From NCBI GenBank assembly GCA_964460135.1, contig CAYWPZ010000001.1, positions 7,469-71,468 on the forward strand: DNA of 64,000 bases. The letters run 5' to 3'. This document shows positions 19,981 to 28,001 of the stretch, piece by piece. The position numbers were made by a program, and so were the translations under genes. This DNA comes from an uncultured Caldilineales bacterium. GTDB lineage: Bacteria > Chloroflexota > Anaerolineae > J102. A model generated the notes under the pieces. The model was given only the letters and a program-made list of their open reading frames with translations. It searched no databases and had not been told where the DNA came from. How positions within the stretch are numbered: position 1 is the stretch's first letter; every line of letters begins with the position of its first letter.

Positions 19981-21204
19981 TCAGGCGCCGAAGCGCTCCA
20001 GCCGGCCGGCGTAGCCCATGGCCCAGGGGATCATCTCGGTGGCATGGAAGAGGCCCAGCGCGCCTTGCTCGGCAGCTCGTTCGCCGAACGAGGTCACACC
20101 GTCGGGCATCACATCCGCCCCCCAAAAGAGGGTGGGGACCGGATGGTAGGAGTGGCTGCGCAGTTTGGCCGGGGTGCTGTGGTCGCCGGTGACGATGAGG
20201 ACGCCGGGGCCGAGCGCCAGCAGGTCGGGAATGACGGCGTCGACGGCCTCGATCTCGTGCGCTTTGGCCTCGAAATTGCCATCTTCGCCGTAGCTATCGG
20301 TCTTCTTGATGTGGATGAAGAAGAAATCGTAGTCGTTCCAAACGCGGGCCAGGGCGGCGATCTCGTGCTGAGGGCGGTCGCCCTCGAACTCGATCACGTC
20401 CATTCCCACCAGCCTGGCCACGCCCTTGTACATTGGGTAGACGGCGATGGCGGCGGCGCGCAGTTTGTAGAGATCAGGGAAGCGGGGCAGGCCGGGGTCT
20501 TTGGCCAAGCCGCGCAGGTTGAGCGAGTTAGCGCGCGGCTCGGCGGCGAGGACGCCCCGCGCCTGCGCCACCCATTTGTTCAGGAGGGCGGCCGTCCTCG
20601 CTCCCTCGGGCGCGCCGCTGCGGTCCTCCACCGGCAGCGGCGCTTTGCCCGTCACCAGGGGGTCGGTCTCGGTCAGCTTGCCGCCCAGACCAGGCCCGCG
20701 TACGATGAGGGCGAAGCGATGCTCTTTGACCGGTTCGACGAAGACCTGGTAGCCATCGTCGGCCAGGCTGGTGTTGGCCTGCAAGAGGGCGCAGAGCCGG
20801 ATGCATTCATCGCTGCCGATGCGGCCGGCGCGGCGGTCGCTGATGACGCCTTCGCTGGTAGCGGTGGCGAAGTTGCCGCGGGCGGCCAGGTCATCCGGGC
20901 CCAGGTCGAACCCGATCCCCAGCGCCTCCAGGACGCCGCGTCCGATCTCGAAGCGGATGGGGTCGTAGCTAAAGAGGCTGAGGTGGGCGGGGCCAGAGCC
21001 AGGGGTGACGCCCGATCGCACGGGGATGGAACGACCGCTGCTGCCCTCGAGGGCCAGGCGGTCAAGATTGGGGGTGTGGGCGCTTTCCAGTTCGGTCAGG
21101 CCGCCGGCGTGCAGGGGCAGGCCGCCGAGTCCGTCCATCACCAGTTGGACGATTTTGCTGTTGTTCTTCTGCGCCAGTTCGGCGTAAACGGCATGGTCGA
21201 TCAT
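19981..21204 (-). CDS. apgM: 2,3-bisphosphoglycerate-independent phosphoglycerate mutase, archaeal type
   Basis: N-terminus IVQLVMDGLGG, a central phosphopentomutase-like core, and C-terminus ..LIVTGDHSTP. ATG at 21204 behind GGAGAAAAC. Confidence 0.85.
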   Translation of the reverse strand: MIDHAVYAELAQKNNSKIVQLVMDGLGGLPLHAGGLTELESAHTPNLDRLALEGSSGRSIPVRSGVTPGSGPAHLSLFSYDPIRFEIGRGVLEALGIGFDLGPDDLAARGNFATATSEGVISDRRAGRIGSDECIRLCALLQANTSLADDGYQVFVEPVKEHRFALIVRGPGLGGKLTETDPLVTGKAPLPVEDRSGAPEGARTAALLNKWVAQARGVLAAEPRANSLNLRGLAKDPGLPRFPDLYKLRAAAIAVYPMYKGVARLVGMDVIEFEGDRPQHEIAALARVWNDYDFFFIHIKKTDSYGEDGNFEAKAHEIEAVDAVIPDLLALGPGVLIVTGDHSTPAKLRSHSYHPVPTLFWGADVMPDGVTSFGERAAEQGALGLFHATEMIPWAMGYAGRLERFGA

Positions 21205-21268
21205 TTGTTTTCTCCGTTTTTCTGAAAACCCTGCAAGGTAGACAATTACAGTTTCGAAGACCTTCAGG

Positions 21269-21283
21269 GTTTGTGACACAAAC
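21269..21283. promoter_or_regulatory. Perfect palindrome GTTTGTG-A-CACAAAC upstream of apgM
   Basis: Seen directly in the sequence, 65 bp upstream of the apgM start, in the same region as the msiK terminator. Confidence 0.35.
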
Positions 21284-21284
21284 G

Positions 21285-21319
21285 AAAGGGGATGGACGAA
21301 AGCGCCCATCCCCTTTTGC
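21285..21319 (-). terminator. Rho-independent terminator of the MsiK-like gene (hairpin flanked by A/T tracts on both sides)
   Basis: Stem GGGGATGG / CCATCCCC with a 10-nt loop. Flanked by AAA on one side and TTTTGC on the other; on the minus strand it is followed by TTTCGTTTG. Confidence 0.7.
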
Positions 21320-21337
21320 ATCTGGCAGCGAACGATC

Positions 21338-22444
21338 CTAGATGATGGCCACTTCGGTCTTGGGATCGAAGAGGTGCATGTAGTCCATGTTGATGTTCAG
21401 GTCGAGCGTGTCGCCGCTGCGCACACGGGTGCGCGGGTCGACGCGGGCCATGAACTGCTTGTCGCCGGTGAGCAGATAGACGAAGATCTCGTTGCCCATC
21501 AATTCGGTCACGTCCACTTTGGCCTGCATGGGGGCAGCCGTGAAGCCGGGGGGTGTGTATTGGGCGTTGTGCAGGTCTTCGGGGCGGATGCCAAAGATGA
21601 CCTGTTGGCCGCGATATTTGCGCGCGGCATCGGTCTTGTTGGCGGGAACGGCCAGCCGGAAGGAGCCGCCATCGACCACCAACCGGCCGCTGTCGCTTTC
21701 TTCGACCAGGGTGGCGTCGAAGAAGTTCATGCTGGGGCTGCCGATGAAGCCGGCGACGAAGACATTGCCGGGGTGATCGTACAGCGTCTGCGGCGTATCC
21801 ACCTGCTGGAGGATGCCGTCTTTTAGCACGGCGATGCGGCTGGCCATGGTCATGGCCTCTACCTGGTCGTGGGTGACGTAGATGAAGGTGGTGCCCAGCT
21901 GTTGGTGGAGCCGAGAGATATTGGCCCGGGTTTCCACACGTAGCTTGGCGTCCAGGTTGGAGAGCGGCTCGTCGAAGAGGAAGACCTGCGGATGGCGGAC
22001 GATGGCGCGACCAACGGCGACGCGCTGGCGCTGGCCGCCCGAAAGTTGTTTGGGCTTGCGGTCGAGCAGGTGGCTGATGCCCAGAATATCGGCGGCTTCC
22101 TTGACCTTGCGGTTGATCTCCTCTTTGGGCGTCTTGCGCAGTTTGAGGCCAAAGGCCATGTTGTCGAAGACGCTCATATGTGGATAGAGGGCGTAGGACT
22201 GGAAGACCATGGCGATGTCGCGGTCCTTGGGCGGGACGTCGTTCACCACACGGTCGCCGATCTTGATCGTGCCGTCGCTGATTTCTTCCAGGCCCGCCAG
22301 CAGGCGGAGGGTGGTCGATTTTCCGCAGCCCGAGGGGCCGACGTAAACCATGAATTCCTTGTCGGCGATGTCCAACACCAGATCGTTGACGGCGATAACA
22401 TCACCCCAACGCTTGAAAACGTGATCGTAAGTGACACTGGCCAT
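21338..22444 (-). CDS. Sugar ABC transporter ATP-binding protein, MalK/UgpC/MsiK family, encoded without adjacent permeases
   Basis: Walker A GPSGCGKST, signature LSGGQRQRVAVGRA, Walker B FLFDEPLSNLD, and a C-terminal TOBE regulatory domain. ATG at 22444 behind AAGGAG. Confidence 0.9.
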   Translation of the reverse strand: MASVTYDHVFKRWGDVIAVNDLVLDIADKEFMVYVGPSGCGKSTTLRLLAGLEEISDGTIKIGDRVVNDVPPKDRDIAMVFQSYALYPHMSVFDNMAFGLKLRKTPKEEINRKVKEAADILGISHLLDRKPKQLSGGQRQRVAVGRAIVRHPQVFLFDEPLSNLDAKLRVETRANISRLHQQLGTTFIYVTHDQVEAMTMASRIAVLKDGILQQVDTPQTLYDHPGNVFVAGFIGSPSMNFFDATLVEESDSGRLVVDGGSFRLAVPANKTDAARKYRGQQVIFGIRPEDLHNAQYTPPGFTAAPMQAKVDVTELMGNEIFVYLLTGDKQFMARVDPRTRVRSGDTLDLNINMDYMHLFDPKTEVAII

Positions 22445-22773
22445 GAGGTTTGACTCCTTGCGAGTACGAAAATGCAGACTGAAGCAGAACTTTGCGGTCG
22501 CCAAAACGGACCCAGACGCCGGGAGGTCGAGTTACTGGCTCGGCGCCTGCCGTGGCCTTCACGTCCGGTTGCCCCCGTCTGGCGGGCATCTGTGCCAAAA
22601 CCGTCTATCAGACTGCACGAATGGGTCGAAGCATACTGCGCTGTGTGTGGCAAAACGATGGCACGGTGATGAATAGGCGCCTCCCGCGTGAGAGTAGGAT
22701 GGTCGTCGCCTGCCGGCGGCGGCTGCGGGTGTGATGCGTTTTCGCAGCAATGGGGGCATTATAACCGCGCTTC

Positions 22774-22785
22774 TTGTGATCACAA
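22774..22785. promoter_or_regulatory. 12-bp perfect palindrome TTGTGATCACAA in the 520-bp msiK/trxA divergent intergenic region
   Basis: Seen directly in the sequence. It shares TGTGA/TCACA arms with the palindromes at 12616 and 21269. Confidence 0.3.
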
Positions 22786-22966
22786 AATGAAGCTGCCAAC
22801 GGTCACCAAAGCACGGGCAGGGCGCTCTGGGCAAGCAGGCGGGCATCGCGAGACGGGCAAGGTAAGAAGGCGTTGGCATCGCCCATCCATACGTTTGTGC
22901 GTTGCCGCCAGCCTGGCGGCCCGTCCACCGCACTCATTTCAACCCTTCATCGAGGAGCAGCCGCCA

Positions 22967-23293
22967 ATGGCAAAACCCTTCCCCGTCACCGATCAAGATT
23001 TTCAGCAGAAGGTGCTGGATAGTTCTGGCACCGTCCTCACCGATTTCTGGGCCGAGTGGTGCGGCCCCTGCAAGATGATCGCACCCGTGCTCGACCAAAT
23101 TGCGCAGGAATACGATGGCATGCTCAGCGTGGCCAAACTGGATGTTGACGAGAACAACAGCACCGCTATGGCCTACGGTGTGTTCAGCATCCCCACGCTA
23201 ATCGTGTTCAAGGACGGTAAACCCGTCGATCGCATCGTCGGCTACCAACCCAAAGACAGATTGCTGAGCAGGATCAAGCCGCACCTATCCTGA
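22967..23293 (+). CDS. trxA: Thioredoxin
   Basis: WCGPC active site, 108 aa. ATG at 22967 behind GAGGAG. Confidence 0.93.
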   Translation: MAKPFPVTDQDFQQKVLDSSGTVLTDFWAEWCGPCKMIAPVLDQIAQEYDGMLSVAKLDVDENNSTAMAYGVFSIPTLIVFKDGKPVDRIVGYQPKDRLLSRIKPHLS

Positions 23294-23310
23294 GACGGCT
23301 CTGCGCTCAG

Positions 23311-23347
23311 GCAAACGCCGCCGGAAAGCGGCGGCGTTTGCTTTTGG
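23311..23347 (+). terminator. Rho-independent terminator of trxA
   Basis: 13-bp stem GCAAACGCCGCCG / CGGCGGCGTTTGC with loop GAAAG, followed by TTTTGG. Confidence 0.8.
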
Positions 23348-23413
23348 CGCTACAGCCGACACCTAACCCAAATCACTTCGAGCAGAACCTTTGTTTTCAA
23401 ACTGACTTCGGTT

Positions 23414-24172
23414 TTAGCTGCGCAGGATGCGGACGGCATGGAAGCAGGCGCCAAAAAAGAGAAACAGGCTGAGATGCACGGCCAGGGCCACCCCCAGCCC
23501 GTAGGCGAATAGCCGGAACACGTTCTGCATCAGCGCCTCCCAACGGGGCGGGAAGGCGGGGACAAAACCAAACAGAAAGAGGATGAACAGGACAAGGGCC
23601 AGGTAGAGCACCATTCGTTGCACCGGGGCGCGGTCGCTGGCGCTGAGAAACATGGCATCGCTAATCGTGAACAAGAGATAGATGAAAAGAGCGGCGTTGG
23701 GCTGTTCCAGTCCTGCAACCAACGCCGCGCCCACATCTTGCCAGCGCCCCGCCTGCCAGCCCGCGCCCAACAACCTGACATCCACCAGGTAGATGGCGAG
23801 CCACAGCGTAAAAAAACTGCCGGCCAACAGGGGGGCGAGGCCGATCAGCGTGTGCTGCCACAAGCCGCCCCCGCGCACATCCACTGCGCCCAACTGGAGC
23901 GTGCGTTGGGCGGTGAACTTGGGCAGGATGCTGAATTGCCCCGTCCTCACCCCCACCAGTTTGGCCATCGCCCAGTGGCTGGCCTCGTGCAGCAGCGTGC
24001 CGGGCAGGATGAGCAGGGCATAGATGCCGACGGCGATGTTCTGGTTGCGCGTCAGGAGGTAGAGCAGCGAAAGCACATAGTAGGTCAGGCGACGACTGAC
24101 CAGCCACAAACCGAACAGCAGGGCCAGGCTCCAGACCAGGGGCGCCCACGAACCGAACATGGCAGTGCTCAT
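23414..24172 (-). CDS. Multi-pass membrane protein with HExxH motif (putative zincin-like membrane metallopeptidase, DUF3267-like)
   Basis: LLHEASHWAMAKL (HEASH) within a ~6-TM protein. ATG at 24172. Confidence 0.5.
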   Translation of the reverse strand: MSTAMFGSWAPLVWSLALLFGLWLVSRRLTYYVLSLLYLLTRNQNIAVGIYALLILPGTLLHEASHWAMAKLVGVRTGQFSILPKFTAQRTLQLGAVDVRGGGLWQHTLIGLAPLLAGSFFTLWLAIYLVDVRLLGAGWQAGRWQDVGAALVAGLEQPNAALFIYLLFTISDAMFLSASDRAPVQRMVLYLALVLFILFLFGFVPAFPPRWEALMQNVFRLFAYGLGVALAVHLSLFLFFGACFHAVRILRS

Positions 24173-24219
24173 GGCAGCTGCGCAGACCGGGGCAAGGCCG
24201 CGGCCTGCGCAGCCATCGT

Positions 24220-24990
24220 TCAGAATCCTCTCGCCCGCGCCGTTTCTTTCACCATCGTGATGAATGAATCGGCGCTCAGGCTGGCCCCACCGACCAGAGC
24301 GCCATCGATTTCAGGCTGGAGCATGAAGTCGTAGATGTTTTTGGCGTTGGCACTGCCGCCGTATTGGATGCGGATGGCCTGCGCCGTGGCTTCGCCATAC
24401 AGGTCAGCCACGACGCCGCGAATGCTGACGCCGATGATGCGGTTGGCGTCGGCTGCGGTTGCGGTCAGGCCGGTGCCGATGGCCCAGATCGGCTCGTAGG
24501 CGATGACCAGTCCCGCCGCCTGTTCGGCGCTCAAACCGGCCAGGGCCGCCCGCATCTGGCTGCCTACAAAGGCGTCGGTCTCGCCGCGTTGGTTCTGTTC
24601 CAGGCTCTCGCCCACGCAGATGATGGGGGTGATGCCGTGCGCCAGCAGCGCCTTGGTTTTCTTGTTCACCCATTCGTCGGTCTCGCCAAAGAGGGCGCGG
24701 CGTTCGGAGTGACCGACGATACCGTAGCTTGCCATCCCGGCCAGCATCCCCGCCGACACCTCGCCGGTGAAAGCGCCTTTCTCTTCGAAGTAGACATCCT
24801 GAGCACCCACGCCCACGTTTGTCCCGGCCAGCGCTTGGGCCGCCGGATAGAGGGCGGGGAAAGGTGGGCAGACGACGATCTCGACGCTGGCGATGTCGCC
24901 GACGCCGGCGCTAATCTCGCGCACCAGGTCGATCGCTTCAGGGATCGCCTTGTTCATCTTCCAGTTGCCAGCAATGATTGGTTTGCGCAT
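24220..24990 (-). CDS. tpiA: Triosephosphate isomerase
   Basis: N-terminus [10 protein letters not shown] and TIM signatures ..[13 protein letters not shown]... ATG at 24990. Confidence 0.93.
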   Translation of the reverse strand: MRKPIIAGNWKMNKAIPEAIDLVREISAGVGDIASVEIVVCPPFPALYPAAQALAGTNVGVGAQDVYFEEKGAFTGEVSAGMLAGMASYGIVGHSERRALFGETDEWVNKKTKALLAHGITPIICVGESLEQNQRGETDAFVGSQMRAALAGLSAEQAAGLVIAYEPIWAIGTGLTATAADANRIIGVSIRGVVADLYGEATAQAIRIQYGGSANAKNIYDFMLQPEIDGALVGGASLSADSFITMVKETARARGF

Positions 24991-25089
24991 AGTTGGTTAT
25001 TGGGTATTGGTAATTAGTTATTGGCAATTGGTAATTGATATTTCGTGTTGAGTATTAGCGATTACGCAAGACGTATTACTCGTCACTCA
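24991..25089. repeat. Heptanucleotide tandem array (~14 units, ATTGGTA-like, decaying toward 25089) that exactly fills the spacer between the small ORF stop and the tpiA start
   Basis: Heptamers TGGTTAT TGGGTAT TGGTAAT TAGTTAT TGGCAAT TGGTAAT TGATATT TCGTGTT GAGTATT AGCGATT ACGCAAG ACGTATT ... Confidence 0.75.
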
Positions 25090-25380
25090 TCACGTTTCAC
25101 GCACCACCTCTCCACCTGCCACTTCTTCATGAACCAGCTTTTTTCGCGCATCGAAGCGCAGATCCAGTTCGATGCGCTGGAAACAGCGATTCTGGCCGCT
25201 GCCGACGATGACTTTGTGGACGCTGTAGCCGCCAGAGTCGTAGTCGATCGAGAGGTCGTTGTCGAGATTGACGCGGACAGGGATGATCTCGCCGCAGCGA
25301 CGACACCGAACCTGTAGGCGATAGCCGCGGTCAGGGGCGGCAGCAGGGGAGGGGGAGAAGAGGCGGCGAAGGAAGTTCAT
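25090..25380 (-). CDS. Small hypothetical protein (96 aa) with CxxC..C zinc-ribbon-like spacing, sitting between pgk and tpiA
   Basis: ATG at 25380 with AGGAGG 10 nt upstream. Placed inside the gap-pgk-tpiA operon, and its codon usage is consistent with the neighbours. Contains RCRRCGE and NRCF. Confidence 0.45.
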   Translation of the reverse strand: MNFLRRLFSPSPAAAPDRGYRLQVRCRRCGEIIPVRVNLDNDLSIDYDSGGYSVHKVIVGSGQNRCFQRIELDLRFDARKKLVHEEVAGGEVVRET

Positions 25381-25388
25381 GGCGCAGT

Positions 25389-26564
25389 TCAGGCCTCCTG
25401 GAGCACGGCCACGCCGGGCAGGATTTTGCCTTCCAGGAATTCGAGCGAGGCCCCGCCGCCGGTGGAAACGTGCGTCATCTTGTTGGCCACACCGGCCTTC
25501 TTGACGGCGCTGGCGCTATCGCCGCCGCCAATGACGGTGGTGGCGTCGAGCGTGGCCAGGAGGCGAGCGATGGCGAAGGTGCCCTCGGCAAATTTCGGCA
25601 TCTCGAACACGCCCATCGGCCCGTTCCAGACGACCAGTTTGGCCGTTTCGAGCACACGGGCGCAGGCGGCGATGCTCTTGGGGCCAATGTCCATGATCCG
25701 CCAACCAGGGGGCACTTTGTCTACATCCACAACCTGGCTGTTGGCTTCGGCTTCGAATTTGTCGGCCACGACGGCATCCACCGGCAGCAGCAGCCGGTCG
25801 CCAGCCTTTGCAAGGATGGCCCTGGCGGTGTCGATGGCGCCAGACTCGACCAGGCTATCTTGCATGGCAAAGCCCTTGGCAGCCAGGAAGGTGTTGGCCA
25901 TGCCGCCGCCGATGATGACGGCGTCGGCCTTGCTCAACAGGTTCTCGACCACGGCGATCTTGTCGCTGATCTTGGCTCCGCCCAGAATGGCCACATAGGG
26001 GCGGGCCGGGTTCTCGGTGGCGCGGCTGAGATAGTCCAGTTCCTGCTCCATCAAAAAGCCACAGACGCCGGGCAGACATTGGGCGATGGCTTCGGTGCTG
26101 GCATGGGCGCGGTGGGCCGAGCCGAAGGCGTCGTTGACGTAAATGTCGCCCAGGACGGCCATTTGCTGGGCCAGGCTGAGGTCGTTCTTCTCCTCGCCTT
26201 TGTGAAAGCGAGTGTTTTCCAGCATGAGGACATCGCCCGGCTTGAGGGCTGCGGCCATCGCTTCCACATCGTCGCCGATGCAGTCGGGGGCCATGAACAC
26301 AGGCCGGCCCAGGAGTCTGGCCAGGGCTTCGGCGGCAGGCTTGAGGCTGAATTCGGCCTCGAAACCGTTGCCTTTGGGCCGGCCGAGGTGGCTGAGAAGG
26401 ATGAGTGATGCGCCCTGGTCGAGTACATGCTGGATCGAGGGCAGGGCGGCGCGGATGCGTTTGTCGTCGGTGACGACGCCGTTCGCCATCGGCACATTGA
26501 AGTCCACGCGCATAAGCACGCGTTTGCCGCGGAGATCGACCTCGCGAATGCTTTTCTTTGCCAT
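25389..26564 (-). CDS. pgk: Phosphoglycerate kinase
   Basis: N-terminal region [12 protein letters not shown] and a conserved C-terminal domain. ATG at 26564. Confidence 0.93.
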   Translation of the reverse strand: MAKKSIREVDLRGKRVLMRVDFNVPMANGVVTDDKRIRAALPSIQHVLDQGASLILLSHLGRPKGNGFEAEFSLKPAAEALARLLGRPVFMAPDCIGDDVEAMAAALKPGDVLMLENTRFHKGEEKNDLSLAQQMAVLGDIYVNDAFGSAHRAHASTEAIAQCLPGVCGFLMEQELDYLSRATENPARPYVAILGGAKISDKIAVVENLLSKADAVIIGGGMANTFLAAKGFAMQDSLVESGAIDTARAILAKAGDRLLLPVDAVVADKFEAEANSQVVDVDKVPPGWRIMDIGPKSIAACARVLETAKLVVWNGPMGVFEMPKFAEGTFAIARLLATLDATTVIGGGDSASAVKKAGVANKMTHVSTGGGASLEFLEGKILPGVAVLQEA

Positions 26565-26581
26565 GTGTTTGCTCCGGGAAT

Positions 26582-26732
26582 GGTAGACAAGTAGACAGGC
26601 AGACGAGTAGAGAAGGGCGGGTCGCAAGCGGCAAGATAGACGGGCAGTGCGCGAACGCACCTTTGCCGCCTTGCTCGATTCAGAGATTTTGCCGCGTTAC
26701 CCTGTCTACCTATTCCTTGTCTACTTGTCTAC
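26582..26732. repeat. gap-pgk intergenic region carrying GTAGACA-type heptamer repeats that form a long-range inverted repeat (arm 26582-26599 vs arm 26701-26732)
   Basis: GGTAGACAAGTAGACAGG is complementary to CCTTGTCTACTTGTCTAC and CCTGTCTACC about 100 nt away. The arms lie right after the gap stop and right before the pgk start. Confidence 0.6.
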
Positions 26733-26739
26733 ACGATTG

Positions 26740-27801
26740 CTAAAGACCTCTATCAGCCATGAACTTGGCCAAGTCGGCGGTGCGGACGCTGTAGCCCCAT
26801 TCGTTGTCGTACCAGGTGACGACTTTGATGAAGTCGCCCTTTTCTTTGCCCAGCACCGAGGTGAAGGGGAGGTCGACCGACGAGCTGTGCGGGTCGCCCT
26901 TGAAGTCGATGCTCACGAGCGGCTCGTCGACAGCGGCCAGGATGCCCTTGAGGGGACCGGCGGCGGCAGCGCGGAAGGCCTGGCGCAGTTCCTCGGTGGT
27001 GCAGGGTTTTTCAATCTGGGCGGTGAAGTCGACCACAGAGACGGTGGAGGTGGGCACACGGAGGGCGTAGCCATCGAACTTACCCTTGAGATCGGGAATG
27101 ACGAGGGCCACGGCTTTGGCGGCGCCGGTGGTGGTGGGGATGATGCTCATGGCGGCGGCGCGGGCGCGGCGCAGGTCGCTATGGGGCAGGTCGAGGATCT
27201 TCTGGTCGTTGGTGTAGGCGTGAATGGTGGTCATCAGGCCGCGCACGATGCGGTAGTTATCGTGGACGACTTTGGCCGCCGGGGCCAGGCAGTTGGTAGT
27301 GCAGGAGGCGTTGGAGACGACGTGGTGCTGGCCCGGGTCGTACATGTCGTTGTTGACACCCATGACGATGGTCAGGTCTTCGCCTTCGGCCGGGGCCGAG
27401 ATGATGACCTTTTTGGCGCCGCCGCGGGCGATATGATTTTCGGCGCCCTGCACGACCTTGCCTTTTTTGTTGACCCCGTCCTTCTTGATCGTGAACAGGC
27501 CGGTGCTTTCGACCACGATCTCCACGCCCAGGTCGCCCCAGGGGATTTTGCCGGGGTCGGTCTCTTTGAAGACCTTGAGCGCTTTGCCATCCACGACCAG
27601 GGTGTCTTCGCCCTCGGCCACGACCGTGCCATCGAAACGGCCGTAGTTCGAGTCATACTTGAGCAGATGGGCCATGGTCTTGAGGTCGCCGATGTCGTTG
27701 AAAGCGACGACTTCGAGGTCGCCGGGATAGAGATCGCGAATGGCTTTGAAGACCTGGCGCCCGATGCGCCCAAAACCGTTGATGCCGATACGGACAGTCA
27801 T
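26740..27801 (-). CDS. gap: Glyceraldehyde-3-phosphate dehydrogenase (type I)
   Basis: N-terminus [11 protein letters not shown] and the active-site region ..[12 protein letters not shown]... ATG at 27801 behind AGGAGAA. Confidence 0.95.
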   Translation of the reverse strand: MTVRIGINGFGRIGRQVFKAIRDLYPGDLEVVAFNDIGDLKTMAHLLKYDSNYGRFDGTVVAEGEDTLVVDGKALKVFKETDPGKIPWGDLGVEIVVESTGLFTIKKDGVNKKGKVVQGAENHIARGGAKKVIISAPAEGEDLTIVMGVNNDMYDPGQHHVVSNASCTTNCLAPAAKVVHDNYRIVRGLMTTIHAYTNDQKILDLPHSDLRRARAAAMSIIPTTTGAAKAVALVIPDLKGKFDGYALRVPTSTVSVVDFTAQIEKPCTTEELRQAFRAAAAGPLKGILAAVDEPLVSIDFKGDPHSSSVDLPFTSVLGKEKGDFIKVVTWYDNEWGYSVRTADLAKFMADRGL

Positions 27802-27842
27802 TTTTGTTCTCCTATGAAGATGGGGATTGTGTTCAGAATGTG

Positions 27843-27897
27843 CTGCCTGGCATGTTGCCAGGCAGTAGGATAGTCGGCTTGCCCGGTTCTGGCAAGC
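27843..27897 (-). terminator. Two hairpins downstream of the PBP gene / upstream of gap
   Basis: CTGCCTGGCA-tgt-TGCCAGGCAG (27843-27865) and GCTTGCC-cggttct-GGCAAGC (27877-27897). Confidence 0.4.
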
Positions 27898-28001
27898 TTC
27901 ACAAAGCGGCAGTGTTCAGCTTCGTGTTATTATGACACAACTGGGCGAGGGTGGGTATGATTTTCGTCACATTTTGCACAAAGCCGACTTCGCCCGGCCA
28001 G

